From Nanobdellota archaeon (lineage in GTDB: Archaea > Nanobdellota > Nanobdellia > Woesearchaeales > CAZZGN01), in assembly GCA_051819665.1 (NCBI GenBank), contig JBNJDG010000009.1, positions 1 to 41,003 on the forward strand: a DNA stretch of 41,003 nt. Reading direction: 5' to 3'. This document shows, one piece after another, positions 1-8,364 of the stretch. Numbering within the stretch: the first letter of the stretch is position 1; the number at the start of each line of letters is the position of its first letter. The notes below the pieces were generated by a model. The model was given only the letters and a program-made list of their open reading frames with translations. It was not told the origin of the DNA and searched no databases. The translations under genes and the position numbers were made by a program.

Positions 1-100
1 GGCTCTTCACCCAGGATTAACACTATTAACCCCTATTTATAAATCTTTTTGTATTTTGCCGGGGAATTTCAGGTATATTTATAAATAAACAGTGTTTATC

Positions 101-364
101 ATGAAAGAACTGAAGAGTTTAGATCCTGTTTCGGTTGCCAAAGTGCATGGATTGATAATGGTCATAGTCGGCCTGGTCTTTGGCCTGATAGCCGCTGCGG
201 CAAGCACAACAGTGCCGATGGGTATCAACAATATAGGTGCAGCGAGCATAGTCATATTCCCTATCATGTACGGAATAATAGGTTTTATAGGCGGCCTCAT
301 ATTCACATGGCTCTATAATCTCGTGGCAGGCTGGATAGGAGGAATAAGGATAGAACTGAAATGA
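101..364 (+). CDS. Small two-TM membrane protein (DUF3566-like)
   Basis: ATG at 101 follows TATA-like TTTATAAA; two hydrophobic helices; C-terminal WLYNLVAGWIGGIRIEL resembles DUF3566. Confidence 0.6.
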   Translation: MKELKSLDPVSVAKVHGLIMVIVGLVFGLIAAAASTTVPMGINNIGAASIVIFPIMYGIIGFIGGLIFTWLYNLVAGWIGGIRIELK

Positions 365-373
365 TTTTTCATT

Positions 374-1303
374 TCATTTTTTTCTCTCTGTTACCTGCTC
401 AAGCACAACAATGTGCCTGTTCATGCTCTTATGGATGCGGTAAGAGAACTCATCCAGGACATTAAATTTAGAGAAGTCCAGGTCTAGACCCGGATGAATA
501 AGAACCGCTCTCTCACCTAGCCTTGAGGAGAGGTGGTCAAGGAATCTCTGGTAAAGGATCTTAAGATCTCCCGCACCTGTATTCTTCCCATAAGGCGGAT
601 CCGTCACAACATGATCATATCCCTTTTCAAAACTGAGAGCATCCTGTTTGTAAAGCTCATAATCAACACCATAATGTTTAAGGTTTATCTCAGCCCTACG
701 GAGCATTATATCATCTATATCGAAACCAACAGCCTTGAGCCCCATAAGTCCTGCTTCGATAAGAAGTCCACCAGAGCCGCAGAAGGGATCAAGGACCTCG
801 TCTTTAGCCCCTGTCATGTTGACTGCCGCCCTCGCCACCCTGGGGTCTATTGAGGAAGGATGGAGCTCAGGCCTCATATGTGCTTTCCTCTCCAGAAAGT
901 CCTTGTCATTCTTCCAGAGAACTTTCCCCAAGAAAACCCTTCCCTTCCTGAAATGCACCTCATATTCGGTAGAGGGAGAATCAAGATTGACCCGGGGATT
1001 GTCGAAAGCATTGTATATCCATGAAGCCACCTGTCTTGTAGAAAAGGTCTCATTCCCGAAACATCTTACACAATAATCATTCTCTTCGAAACTTGTCCCT
1101 GATATACTCTCTTCAAGTTCATCCTCAGGACAGTCAATTATCACCTCGATGACCTTGTTAGTGAAGGCCAGCCTCTCATAATTGCCGGCATCATCAAGCA
1201 AGAGGAGATCTTCCTTCTGTTCAGTATATCCTGGTTCTGCAACAGATAATACCTCATAAGCAGCCATCTCAAGATGGAATTTAGAAAGTACAAAAAGAAA
1301 CAT
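374..1303 (-). CDS. tRNA (guanine(10)-N2)-methyltransferase, THUMP + MTase (Trm11/TrmG10-like)
   Basis: THUMP-like VNLDSPSTE, SAM motif LDPFCGSGG, amino-MTase motif VVTDPPYG, C-terminal IHKSMNRHI. Confidence 0.8.
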   Translation of the reverse strand: MFLFVLSKFHLEMAAYEVLSVAEPGYTEQKEDLLLLDDAGNYERLAFTNKVIEVIIDCPEDELEESISGTSFEENDYCVRCFGNETFSTRQVASWIYNAFDNPRVNLDSPSTEYEVHFRKGRVFLGKVLWKNDKDFLERKAHMRPELHPSSIDPRVARAAVNMTGAKDEVLDPFCGSGGLLIEAGLMGLKAVGFDIDDIMLRRAEINLKHYGVDYELYKQDALSFEKGYDHVVTDPPYGKNTGAGDLKILYQRFLDHLSSRLGERAVLIHPGLDLDFSKFNVLDEFSYRIHKSMNRHIVVLEQVTERKK

Positions 1304-1307
1304 TGGC

Positions 1308-1802
1308 TCACCTTAATTTCTTATATCCCAGCCAAACCAGGATGAACAGAACAACTCCCAGGACAATGAAACGCATCCAGTCATGGAAATTGCTCCAGTT
1401 CTCGATAGCACCGATGAAGAGGGTAAGGAGACCTCCCCCCATTATGCCTGTGGAAACCGAATCGACAAAGATGAAGAAACTCCCGGCTATCGCAGCTATG
1501 CCCACAACCGCCATGATTATGAATACCTTCAGCTTATGATCGTTCCTTGCCTCTTCAAGCTCTTCCCTGCACTGCTGGTATTCCTCACCACATACAGGAA
1601 CATCAGCTGAAGCGTTGGGTTCTTTGCTTCTGTTGCATTCACAATCCCTCTCAGGATCGTCCATGAAAGTGTCCACACCGAACATGATGAAGAACAGGAA
1701 AACCACAGCTATAGCTATCGCAAGTATATTACCCTTCATCCTCTTCCGGTCTTCCGGGGTTCTCTCTGGTTTTTTCTCTTTCTTTTTCCTGGGCATAGGC
1801 AT
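1308..1802 (-). CDS. Hypothetical 4-TM membrane protein with a Cys-containing loop
   Basis: Basic N-terminus, TM1, loop with CEC...C...C, then three more TM helices; start could be 1796. Confidence 0.6.
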   Translation of the reverse strand: MPMPRKKKEKKPERTPEDRKRMKGNILAIAIAVVFLFFIMFGVDTFMDDPERDCECNRSKEPNASADVPVCGEEYQQCREELEEARNDHKLKVFIIMAVVGIAAIAGSFFIFVDSVSTGIMGGGLLTLFIGAIENWSNFHDWMRFIVLGVVLFILVWLGYKKLR

Positions 1803-1850
1803 TAATGAACAGGGATTATATAAAAAACTTACCTAAAGACACCCCGAAAA

Positions 1851-1867
1851 ACCAAAACGCTTAAATA
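1851..1867 (+). promoter_or_regulatory. Putative BRE/TATA promoter for the zinc-ribbon/cspA transcript
   Basis: ACCAAAACG followed by CTTAAATA; a divergent TTATATAAAAAA at 1816-1827 could serve the minus-strand gene. Confidence 0.45.
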
Positions 1868-1959
1868 AGGGCAGAATATAACACATTATAATCAGGACAT
1901 TTTCACTCTTGTCTTTAAGATTGTTACAATTCAAGTTTGACCAATTCTGATTTTTCAAG

Positions 1960-2091
1960 ATGGTAAATTACAAGATAATAAAATACTGTATGGAGTGCAG
2001 GAAAAGATTTTCTGTTATGAAGGGTAACTCTAAACAAAGGCACTGTGAAGAATGCCAGGAAAAGATCAATGAAGAAGATGAAAGGAGGTGA
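1960..2091 (+). CDS. Unannotated 43-aa zinc-ribbon peptide (CxxC-x15-CxxC)
   Basis: Translated by hand: [43 protein letters not shown]; its stop codon lies within the GGAGGTGA SD of cspA. Confidence 0.7.
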   Translation: MVNYKIIKYCMECRKRFSVMKGNSKQRHCEECQEKINEEDERR

Positions 2092-2095
2092 GAAC

Positions 2096-2290
2096 ATGAA
2101 AGGAACTGTAAAATTTTTCAATGACATGAAAGGTTTCGGCTTTATCAAAGGCGAAGATGGCAAAGAATATTTCGTCCATCAGACCGGTCTTCAGGAAGGC
2201 GTTTCCATTACAGAAGACGACGCTGTCGAATTCGAAGTTGAAGAAGGAGATAGAGGACCAAAGGCATCCAATGTCAAGAAAACAGAGTAA
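2096..2290 (+). CDS. cspA: Cold-shock protein (CSD)
   Basis: [17 protein letters not shown] (RNP1), EYFVHQ (RNP2), [18 protein letters not shown] at 2084-2091. Confidence 0.95.
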   Translation: MKGTVKFFNDMKGFGFIKGEDGKEYFVHQTGLQEGVSITEDDAVEFEVEEGDRGPKASNVKKTE

Positions 2291-2387
2291 ATCAAAAACC
2301 ACTCACTAAGAGTAGGCTAGTCAGTGAAGTTTTGATCCTAAAATCCATTTTAGCAATCATAATCAACTGATCACAGATTTCAAAAAC

Positions 2388-2412
2388 TTTTCATTTTTTT
2401 ATTCATATTTTT
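2388..2412 (+). terminator. T-rich archaeal terminator after cspA
   Basis: TTTTCATTTTTTTATTCATATTTTT lies downstream of the stop and a stem-loop. Confidence 0.5.
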
Positions 2413-2479
2413 CTATCATATTTGATAATATAAGTTACATCTGGAAAAATTTAAATAGACAGAAGGATAAGCTTAAGGT

Positions 2480-2764
2480 ATGAGATCATATACCATATCA
2501 GGCCTACCGGCGCTTATCTCATCATTAGTCTTTCTGGGGCTTTTCATACTAATACTTCTATTATTCCTCAAGCTCTTCATAATAGCTTTCCCTATTATAA
2601 TAGTGCTTGTCATCCTCGGTTATGTGTTCAGGAGACCCCTGGCCAGGTGGTTTTTCAGACGGTTGTTCAGGAGAAATTATAAAAATCACAGAAGAGGTAA
2701 AAGGGAGAAACAGAGCAAAGAGAAGGATAAGGATTCCATAAAAGTCAGGTACAAGTACAAATGA
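2480..2764 (+). CDS. Small membrane protein with a basic C-terminal tail
   Basis: Long hydrophobic N-terminal hairpin, K/R-rich tail; TTTAAATA about 23 nt upstream suggests a leaderless transcript. Confidence 0.6.
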   Translation: MRSYTISGLPALISSLVFLGLFILILLLFLKLFIIAFPIIIVLVILGYVFRRPLARWFFRRLFRRNYKNHRRGKREKQSKEKDKDSIKVRYKYK

Positions 2765-5422
2765 TCATTCCCTTACTTTCTTAAGCTTCTTGGAGACAGA
2801 GAAAGTGAACTTAGTTCCTTTCCCTGGTTCTGAATCCACATCCATCGAGCCTCCGTGCATCTTCACTATATGCTGGGCTATAGGTAAACCCAGACCTGTA
2901 CCCGAAGATATTTTCGTCAGTGAAGGATCGACCTGATAGAACTTATCGAAAAGCTTGGGGATATTCTCCTTCTTTATCCCCTTGCCCGTATCCGTGACAC
3001 TCACCTTCACATGGGTCCTTGCATCCTTTGTTCTTATGGTTATTGTTCCCCCTTCCTTGGTAAACTTGATTGCATTGCTGAGTAGATTATTGATCACCTG
3101 GCTAAGTTTATCCTTATCCGCATATATCTTCGGGAGACTTCCCTTCTCGACACAGAACTCCAGTTCGGTTCCCTGTGGCTTCATAACAGACAGAGCATGG
3201 TCTATCAGAGAATTAATATCTACTTCAGTAAGGTTCAGGGACATCTTCCCCCTCTCAAGCTTAGAGAGATCGAGGAGATCGTTTATCAACCTTGTAAGAC
3301 GTTCTGATTCATCTATAATCGTGTTGAGGGAATCCTTCTGGGTCTCGTTCAGAGAGCCAATTTTTTCTGATTTAAGAAGTTTAGAATAACCTATTATCGA
3401 GGTAAGAGGAGTCCTGAGCTCATGACTCACATTGCTCACGAAATCAGTCTTCAGCTTATCCATCTTTATGAGTCTTCTGTTGGCCTTGAGAAGACTCTTG
3501 GTTGCCGCCCTGACCTCTTCCTTGAGTTTCTTATTGAAATTCTTGCTCTCCTTATGGAGCCAGGAGTTCTCTATCGCCATAGAAATCCTGTCCATGAGGA
3601 TCTCCAATGTTTCCCTGTGCTTCTCGAACTTGTTCTTCTCATTACTATCAAGATTAAGGACTCCGAAGACCTTCCCCTTTATCCTGATGGGCAAAGCTGC
3701 CTCTGACTTCTCCCTTGGCAGGACTTTATAATACCTGTCATCCTTGGACACATCGCCGACGAAGAGAGGCTCAGCGTTCTCGGCCACCCAGCCTGTTATT
3801 CCCTGGCCGATCTTCACTTTTGTCTCCTTCTTATTCTTGCTATAGCCTATGGCCTCATGTATCTTAAGCCAATCATCCTCCTTCACAAGAAGAGCACCGC
3901 CCTTTGCTCCGGTAAGTTCGACACACCTTTTCAGGGTTATATGGAGGAGCCTGTCAAAGTCAAGGGTGGCAGAAAGCTCATTGCTTATCTCAAGGACCTT
4001 GCTCAGTTTCTCCTTATCATTCTTTATATGTCTGTATAAGATGGCTTTCTCTATAGCTATAGCTACCTGGTCAGCGAAACTGCTCAACATCTGGAGCTCG
4101 TTATTTGAGAATGTTCTTTCGTCTTTAGTATATATGTTGATAACACCGATCCCGTGATTCTCTATCACGAGAGGTATAGAGAGGAAACTCCTGAATCCTT
4201 TCTTCCTTGCATAATCCTTGTCCCCATACTCAGGATCCTGCAGTATATCTCTCCTGTAGACCATATCCTTGCTTGAGACAGCCTTGCCGCTAAGGGTATC
4301 ATCAAGACCTATGGTCTTGCTGTGGAGATGCCTGCCACTTAGATTATATATGGATTTAGGCACGAGCCGGGTCTTTGTCTTATCCAGGAGAAGGACCGAG
4401 CAACTGCTTGCATTCACCATCTTTATTATCTTCACGACTATGACATCAAGGACCTCCTCAAGATCAAGAGTAGCGCTTATCTTCTTAGTGACATCATACA
4501 CAGCAGACAGCCTCTTGACCCTCTTGATATGCTCATTATAGAGCTGGGTATTCCTTATGGCGATGGAAGCATTCGAAGCAAGGATCTCAAGGAACTGGAT
4601 GCAGTCGTCCGATATCTCCCTCGAGCTCTTGAAATCCACATTGAGTACGCCCAACACCTTTCCCTTGAAAAGCAGAGGGAAGCCTATGTAAGAGTTCTTC
4701 GTGTATGTCCTGCTCCCTACATCGATATACCTTTCATCCTTGAGCTTATTCTCTATGAGAACCATCTCTGCGCTCTCTGCTACAGTACCGGCTGCCCCTT
4801 CGCCCATCCTGAACTTTATCTCCGAGAAATTCTTCCTTATCCCTGAACCCTTAGCATATTTGACCTGAAGGACATCATCCTCCAGGAGCATTATCGAGCC
4901 GCTGATAGCATTGATCCTCTCCAGGGCAGTATCAAGGATAAGTTTCAGGAGACTGTTAAGGTCATAGGTCACCATCTCCTTGCTTATCTCGGAGATAGAG
5001 GTTATATCCTCCACCCTTTTCTGAAGCCTTGTAAGGAGAAGCGACATGTAGATTATATCGGATATCTTCCCCTTCAGGTTCCTGAAACGTTTCATTACCT
5101 TATCCTCAAGGAAGAGAAAACCATATTCCCTGTTATTGCTCTTAAGACTCATGCCATGCTGAGAAGGTCTATCGAACCTGCCTTCCTCTATGACAGGCCC
5201 TTTATGGAAATAAGCCCTGTGCGTGACAAATTTATTCTCCTTATCATACAGGTATATTCTCGGATCATCAGAACCATATTCTGAAAACATCTCCAGGAAA
5301 TACCTGAGGGTCTCATGTACATTTTTCAGTTTTGATATGTCCGGGAAAAGTGATTTCAGTATGTTTATCTTCTCTTCATCATTCTCCAGCCTTTCCCTCA
5401 GTCTCTTCAACTTTTTCATCAT
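2765..5422 (-). CDS. Cytoplasmic multi-GAF sensor histidine kinase (3xGAF-HisKA-HATPase_c)
   Basis: Three GAF repeats (GFPLLFKGKVLGVLNV, SIPLVIENHGIGVINI, ALPIRIKGKVFGVLNL); H-box VSHELRTPL; N-box NLLSNAIKFT; G1 DTGKGI; G2 GTGLGL; no TM segment. Confidence 0.93.
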   Translation of the reverse strand: MMKKLKRLRERLENDEEKINILKSLFPDISKLKNVHETLRYFLEMFSEYGSDDPRIYLYDKENKFVTHRAYFHKGPVIEEGRFDRPSQHGMSLKSNNREYGFLFLEDKVMKRFRNLKGKISDIIYMSLLLTRLQKRVEDITSISEISKEMVTYDLNSLLKLILDTALERINAISGSIMLLEDDVLQVKYAKGSGIRKNFSEIKFRMGEGAAGTVAESAEMVLIENKLKDERYIDVGSRTYTKNSYIGFPLLFKGKVLGVLNVDFKSSREISDDCIQFLEILASNASIAIRNTQLYNEHIKRVKRLSAVYDVTKKISATLDLEEVLDVIVVKIIKMVNASSCSVLLLDKTKTRLVPKSIYNLSGRHLHSKTIGLDDTLSGKAVSSKDMVYRRDILQDPEYGDKDYARKKGFRSFLSIPLVIENHGIGVINIYTKDERTFSNNELQMLSSFADQVAIAIEKAILYRHIKNDKEKLSKVLEISNELSATLDFDRLLHITLKRCVELTGAKGGALLVKEDDWLKIHEAIGYSKNKKETKVKIGQGITGWVAENAEPLFVGDVSKDDRYYKVLPREKSEAALPIRIKGKVFGVLNLDSNEKNKFEKHRETLEILMDRISMAIENSWLHKESKNFNKKLKEEVRAATKSLLKANRRLIKMDKLKTDFVSNVSHELRTPLTSIIGYSKLLKSEKIGSLNETQKDSLNTIIDESERLTRLINDLLDLSKLERGKMSLNLTEVDINSLIDHALSVMKPQGTELEFCVEKGSLPKIYADKDKLSQVINNLLSNAIKFTKEGGTITIRTKDARTHVKVSVTDTGKGIKKENIPKLFDKFYQVDPSLTKISSGTGLGLPIAQHIVKMHGGSMDVDSEPGKGTKFTFSVSKKLKKVRE

Positions 5423-6348
5423 AACACTCTCCCCGCTTCTGTCTTCCTTACAGAAAGAGAGACATTCCCCTTATCATCAAGAACATAAGATGAAACTTCA
5501 TTGAATGCTTTCTTTATCTTGGAAGAGAAATCCTTCTCATCAGTAACCGCTACAAAGACATTATACACCGGATGGAACAGCCTCGCATCAGACTTCTCCT
5601 TTACGAGTCTGCCGACGAACCTTATCAGCTCATTACCTCTCCTTGCTCCATGCTGCTTGTTGAAATCCTCTATGCCTTTTATCTCGATCCTGTACACAAA
5701 CCCTTTATGATTCTCAATGAAATCAAAGAACTGCATCTTCCCCTCTATTCCGGATAAAGGGTTTAGACCGGTAGCCTGATCGGCAAGAAGGTTATTCACC
5801 CTGGCTTCTATTTCAGAAGGATCGAACGGCTTGGTCAGGTAATCATCCGCTCCTATATTGATCCCCTTCAGCTTATCCTTCAGATCATTCTTTGCAGAAA
5901 GGATTATTATAGGTATGTGTTTTGTCCTCGTATCATTCTTAAGCCTCCTGCAGACTTCATAACCATCCATACCAGGCATCATCAGATCGAGTATGATCAC
6001 ATCAGGTACCTGCTCCTTTATCTTCTCCAGAGCATCCATGCCTGAATAAGATTCGATCACCTTCTTGTCCTTACCTGTAAGGGTGAGCTTTACAAGCTCG
6101 ACTATATGAGGTTCATCATCCACCACAAGAACCCTTTTGGCGATGTTATCCGAGAGCTTCCAGAGCTTCGCTTGAGCGACCGTCTCATAATCTATCAATC
6201 TCTTGGCCTTCAGGATCTCAAGATATTTTGTTACCGTCAGCCTGTTATGTCCGGTATTCTTAGCTATCTCGCTGCTAGAAGCACCTGCTTTCTTAAGCCT
6301 CAGGTAATCGAGTATCCTCTTCTTGATCTTATCATTCAGGCTGTTCAT
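5419..6348 (-). CDS. Response regulator: N-terminal wHTH + REC + degenerate GGDEF-like domain
   Basis: SSSEIAKNTGHNRLTVTKYLEIL (HTH); VLVVDDE...LDLMMPGMDG...KPFD (REC); NPLSG...DFNKQHGARRGNELI...HPVYNVF (GGDEF-like, no GGDEF motif). Confidence 0.85.
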   Translation of the reverse strand: MNSLNDKIKKRILDYLRLKKAGASSSEIAKNTGHNRLTVTKYLEILKAKRLIDYETVAQAKLWKLSDNIAKRVLVVDDEPHIVELVKLTLTGKDKKVIESYSGMDALEKIKEQVPDVIILDLMMPGMDGYEVCRRLKNDTRTKHIPIIILSAKNDLKDKLKGINIGADDYLTKPFDPSEIEARVNNLLADQATGLNPLSGIEGKMQFFDFIENHKGFVYRIEIKGIEDFNKQHGARRGNELIRFVGRLVKEKSDARLFHPVYNVFVAVTDEKDFSSKIKKAFNEVSSYVLDDKGNVSLSVRKTEAGRVL

Positions 6349-6733
6349 TTTCCCATCTCTTCATAAGAAGGTTCGCCTCAACCTTCTTCTCGAGGTCATT
6401 GGGGTCAAATGGTTTGGTCAGGTAATCATCTCCTCCGTGATCGATACTCTTCATCTTGTCATCAAGCTGGTTCTTCGCAGAGACGAATATTATAGGCGTA
6501 TCCTTGAATCTCTTGCTCTGTCTCAACCTGGAACTTATCTGATAGCCATCCTCTCCCGGCATCATTATATCAAGGAGGATCAGATCCGGGACTACCTCTT
6601 TAACCTTATTCATCGCTTCATGTGAAGTATAAGCTTCATGTATCTCAAATTTCTTCTCAAGAGTCATCCTCATTAGCTTAACAATATGCGGTTCATCATC
6701 CACGATTAGTATCTTCTTTTTTTCTTTTGCCAT
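6332..6733 (-). CDS. Single-domain response regulator (REC only)
   Basis: ILIVDDE, LLDIMMPGEDG, SAK, KPFD. Confidence 0.93.
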   Translation of the reverse strand: MAKEKKKILIVDDEPHIVKLMRMTLEKKFEIHEAYTSHEAMNKVKEVVPDLILLDIMMPGEDGYQISSRLRQSKRFKDTPIIFVSAKNQLDDKMKSIDHGGDDYLTKPFDPNDLEKKVEANLLMKRWENEQPE

Positions 6734-6844
6734 TCATAGCACCCCACTATACAGAATTGATTATCATAACAGTATGCTAATATAAATATTTTGTGGAGTT
6801 GTGCAGCTAACCATTAAAAATGATCACCTAAAACCATAAGAAAT

Positions 6845-7924
6845 CTATGAGAACTTCTTGATCTCGAGCTTCCCTTTCTCTGTCTTCACGACCATGTCAT
6901 CCTTCTCATTGAACCTTGTAATCTGCGTTATCACTTCAGGAAGAAGTATCCTGTTACCCCTGAAATCCAGATTCGTTATTATCTCCTGACCAGAATTTAT
7001 GTCCTCTATACCCTGGTCCTTGAGGATCTCCTTCGTGCTCTTCTTCTTCTTCTCATCAGAGATCTTCTGTGTTCTCGCATAGAGCGCCTTCGCGATCTTA
7101 TCAGCGACATCTATCTTCGTGGATTTCACTATGCCCTGAAGACCGGGAGAAAGATTGAGTTCGATCACCTTCGGTCCAGCGACACTTGTAAGGATATCAA
7201 CACCGCAAATATCCGCACCCAGTGCTTTTGCTGCATCCAAAGCTACTTTCTTTGTGTAATTATCGAGTTCACATGGCTCTCCTGCCCCTCCTGAATGAAG
7301 ATTAGACCTCTTGTCCATCCCGGAAGACTTTCTCTTCATAGCAGCGACTACCTTGTCACCCACAACGAAAGCCCTCGTATCTGTCCCGTTGGTATCTATA
7401 TATTCCTGGATTATGAAGGGCTGGTTGAGCGCATTAAGAGCATCAAGAACTGAATTTGCGGATGCGAAAGACTCAGCGAACATCACACCTTTACCCTGTG
7501 TTCCCTGGGGGAACTTAAGAACAATAGGATAATTGACCTTCTCGAGCATCCTCTTCGCTGCCTCCATCGTGGAAGCTATGTATGTCTCAGGCATAGGCAC
7601 TCCTGCCACCTGGAGGACCTGATGAGTAAGGAGCTTATCATGACCTATAGTGAATGCACTGCTCTGGATTGGGGTGTATGTCTTTTCAGGCAATAAAGAA
7701 GCAATAGACCTCAATACAGGCGCATACCTGAAAGAACCCTTAAGATAAACACAATCATACTCCCCTAAAGGCTCACCCCTATAGAGCACGGAGTTCTTCT
7801 TTGCACCCAGATTTATCTCTATCTCTTTCAGGTTGACATCTTCAACCTCGTCAAAATATTTCCTCATCGCTTCAAGCGTCCATTGTGATGATACGCTTCC
7901 CAGTGATACTATTGCTGCTTTCAT
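6845..7924 (-). CDS. rimK: RimK-family ATP-grasp alpha-L-glutamate ligase with C-terminal AbrB/SpoVT-like extension
   Basis: DKLLTHQVL, PIVLKFPQGTQGKGV, IIQEYI, RSNLHSGG, GVDIL, IELNLSPGLQGI; about 70 extra C-terminal residues. Confidence 0.85.
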   Translation of the reverse strand: MKAAIVSLGSVSSQWTLEAMRKYFDEVEDVNLKEIEINLGAKKNSVLYRGEPLGEYDCVYLKGSFRYAPVLRSIASLLPEKTYTPIQSSAFTIGHDKLLTHQVLQVAGVPMPETYIASTMEAAKRMLEKVNYPIVLKFPQGTQGKGVMFAESFASANSVLDALNALNQPFIIQEYIDTNGTDTRAFVVGDKVVAAMKRKSSGMDKRSNLHSGGAGEPCELDNYTKKVALDAAKALGADICGVDILTSVAGPKVIELNLSPGLQGIVKSTKIDVADKIAKALYARTQKISDEKKKKSTKEILKDQGIEDINSGQEIITNLDFRGNRILLPEVITQITRFNEKDDMVVKTEKGKLEIKKFS

Positions 7925-8262
7925 TTGCTCGGATCTATAAGGTAACCTTTTTTGAGGAGATTCTGACCGATAAGGACCTGATACTTCAAATGTTCCCTGA
8001 CTGCGATCGAGAACTCCCCTTTTATCTCTTTCCCCCCCATTATCACAGAAGCCTCAACGAGAGGTCTTTTGCTTATCCCATGTGCTGATTTTACGACCTT
8101 CGTGCCGATGACCGGCCCGAGGTTCAACTCTGCTGCCAGAGGGGAATCTATGGATGATTTTGTAGCTCCCGTATCTATCCTCGCCATCACTTTCTTCTCT
8201 TTATCCCTTCCTTTGACAAGGATCTCCTCGGTAAGCCCGATAATGTTCTTCTCACCCATCAT
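7921..8262 (-). CDS. RimK-associated retropepsin-like protease (RimB / putative ATP-dependent zinc protease family)
   Basis: ARIDTGATKSSID, KRPLV, REHLKYQVLIGQNLL, YLIDPSK; ATGA overlap with rimK. Confidence 0.85.
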   Translation of the reverse strand: MMGEKNIIGLTEEILVKGRDKEKKVMARIDTGATKSSIDSPLAAELNLGPVIGTKVVKSAHGISKRPLVEASVIMGGKEIKGEFSIAVREHLKYQVLIGQNLLKKGYLIDPSK

Positions 8263-8364
8263 GCCCTTGTGTCAAATGATTATATTTAAATCTTACCAAT
8301 ATATTTATAAACCTAAGTAAAGGAGAAGATAATAAAAAAATCAAGGCCCGAAAGAGGTGTGATC

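Noticed and set aside
2291..2479. C/D-box sRNA or tRNA in the gap after cspA
   Set aside because: No clean RTGATGA with matching CTGA box spacing on either strand, and no cloverleaf or T-loop.
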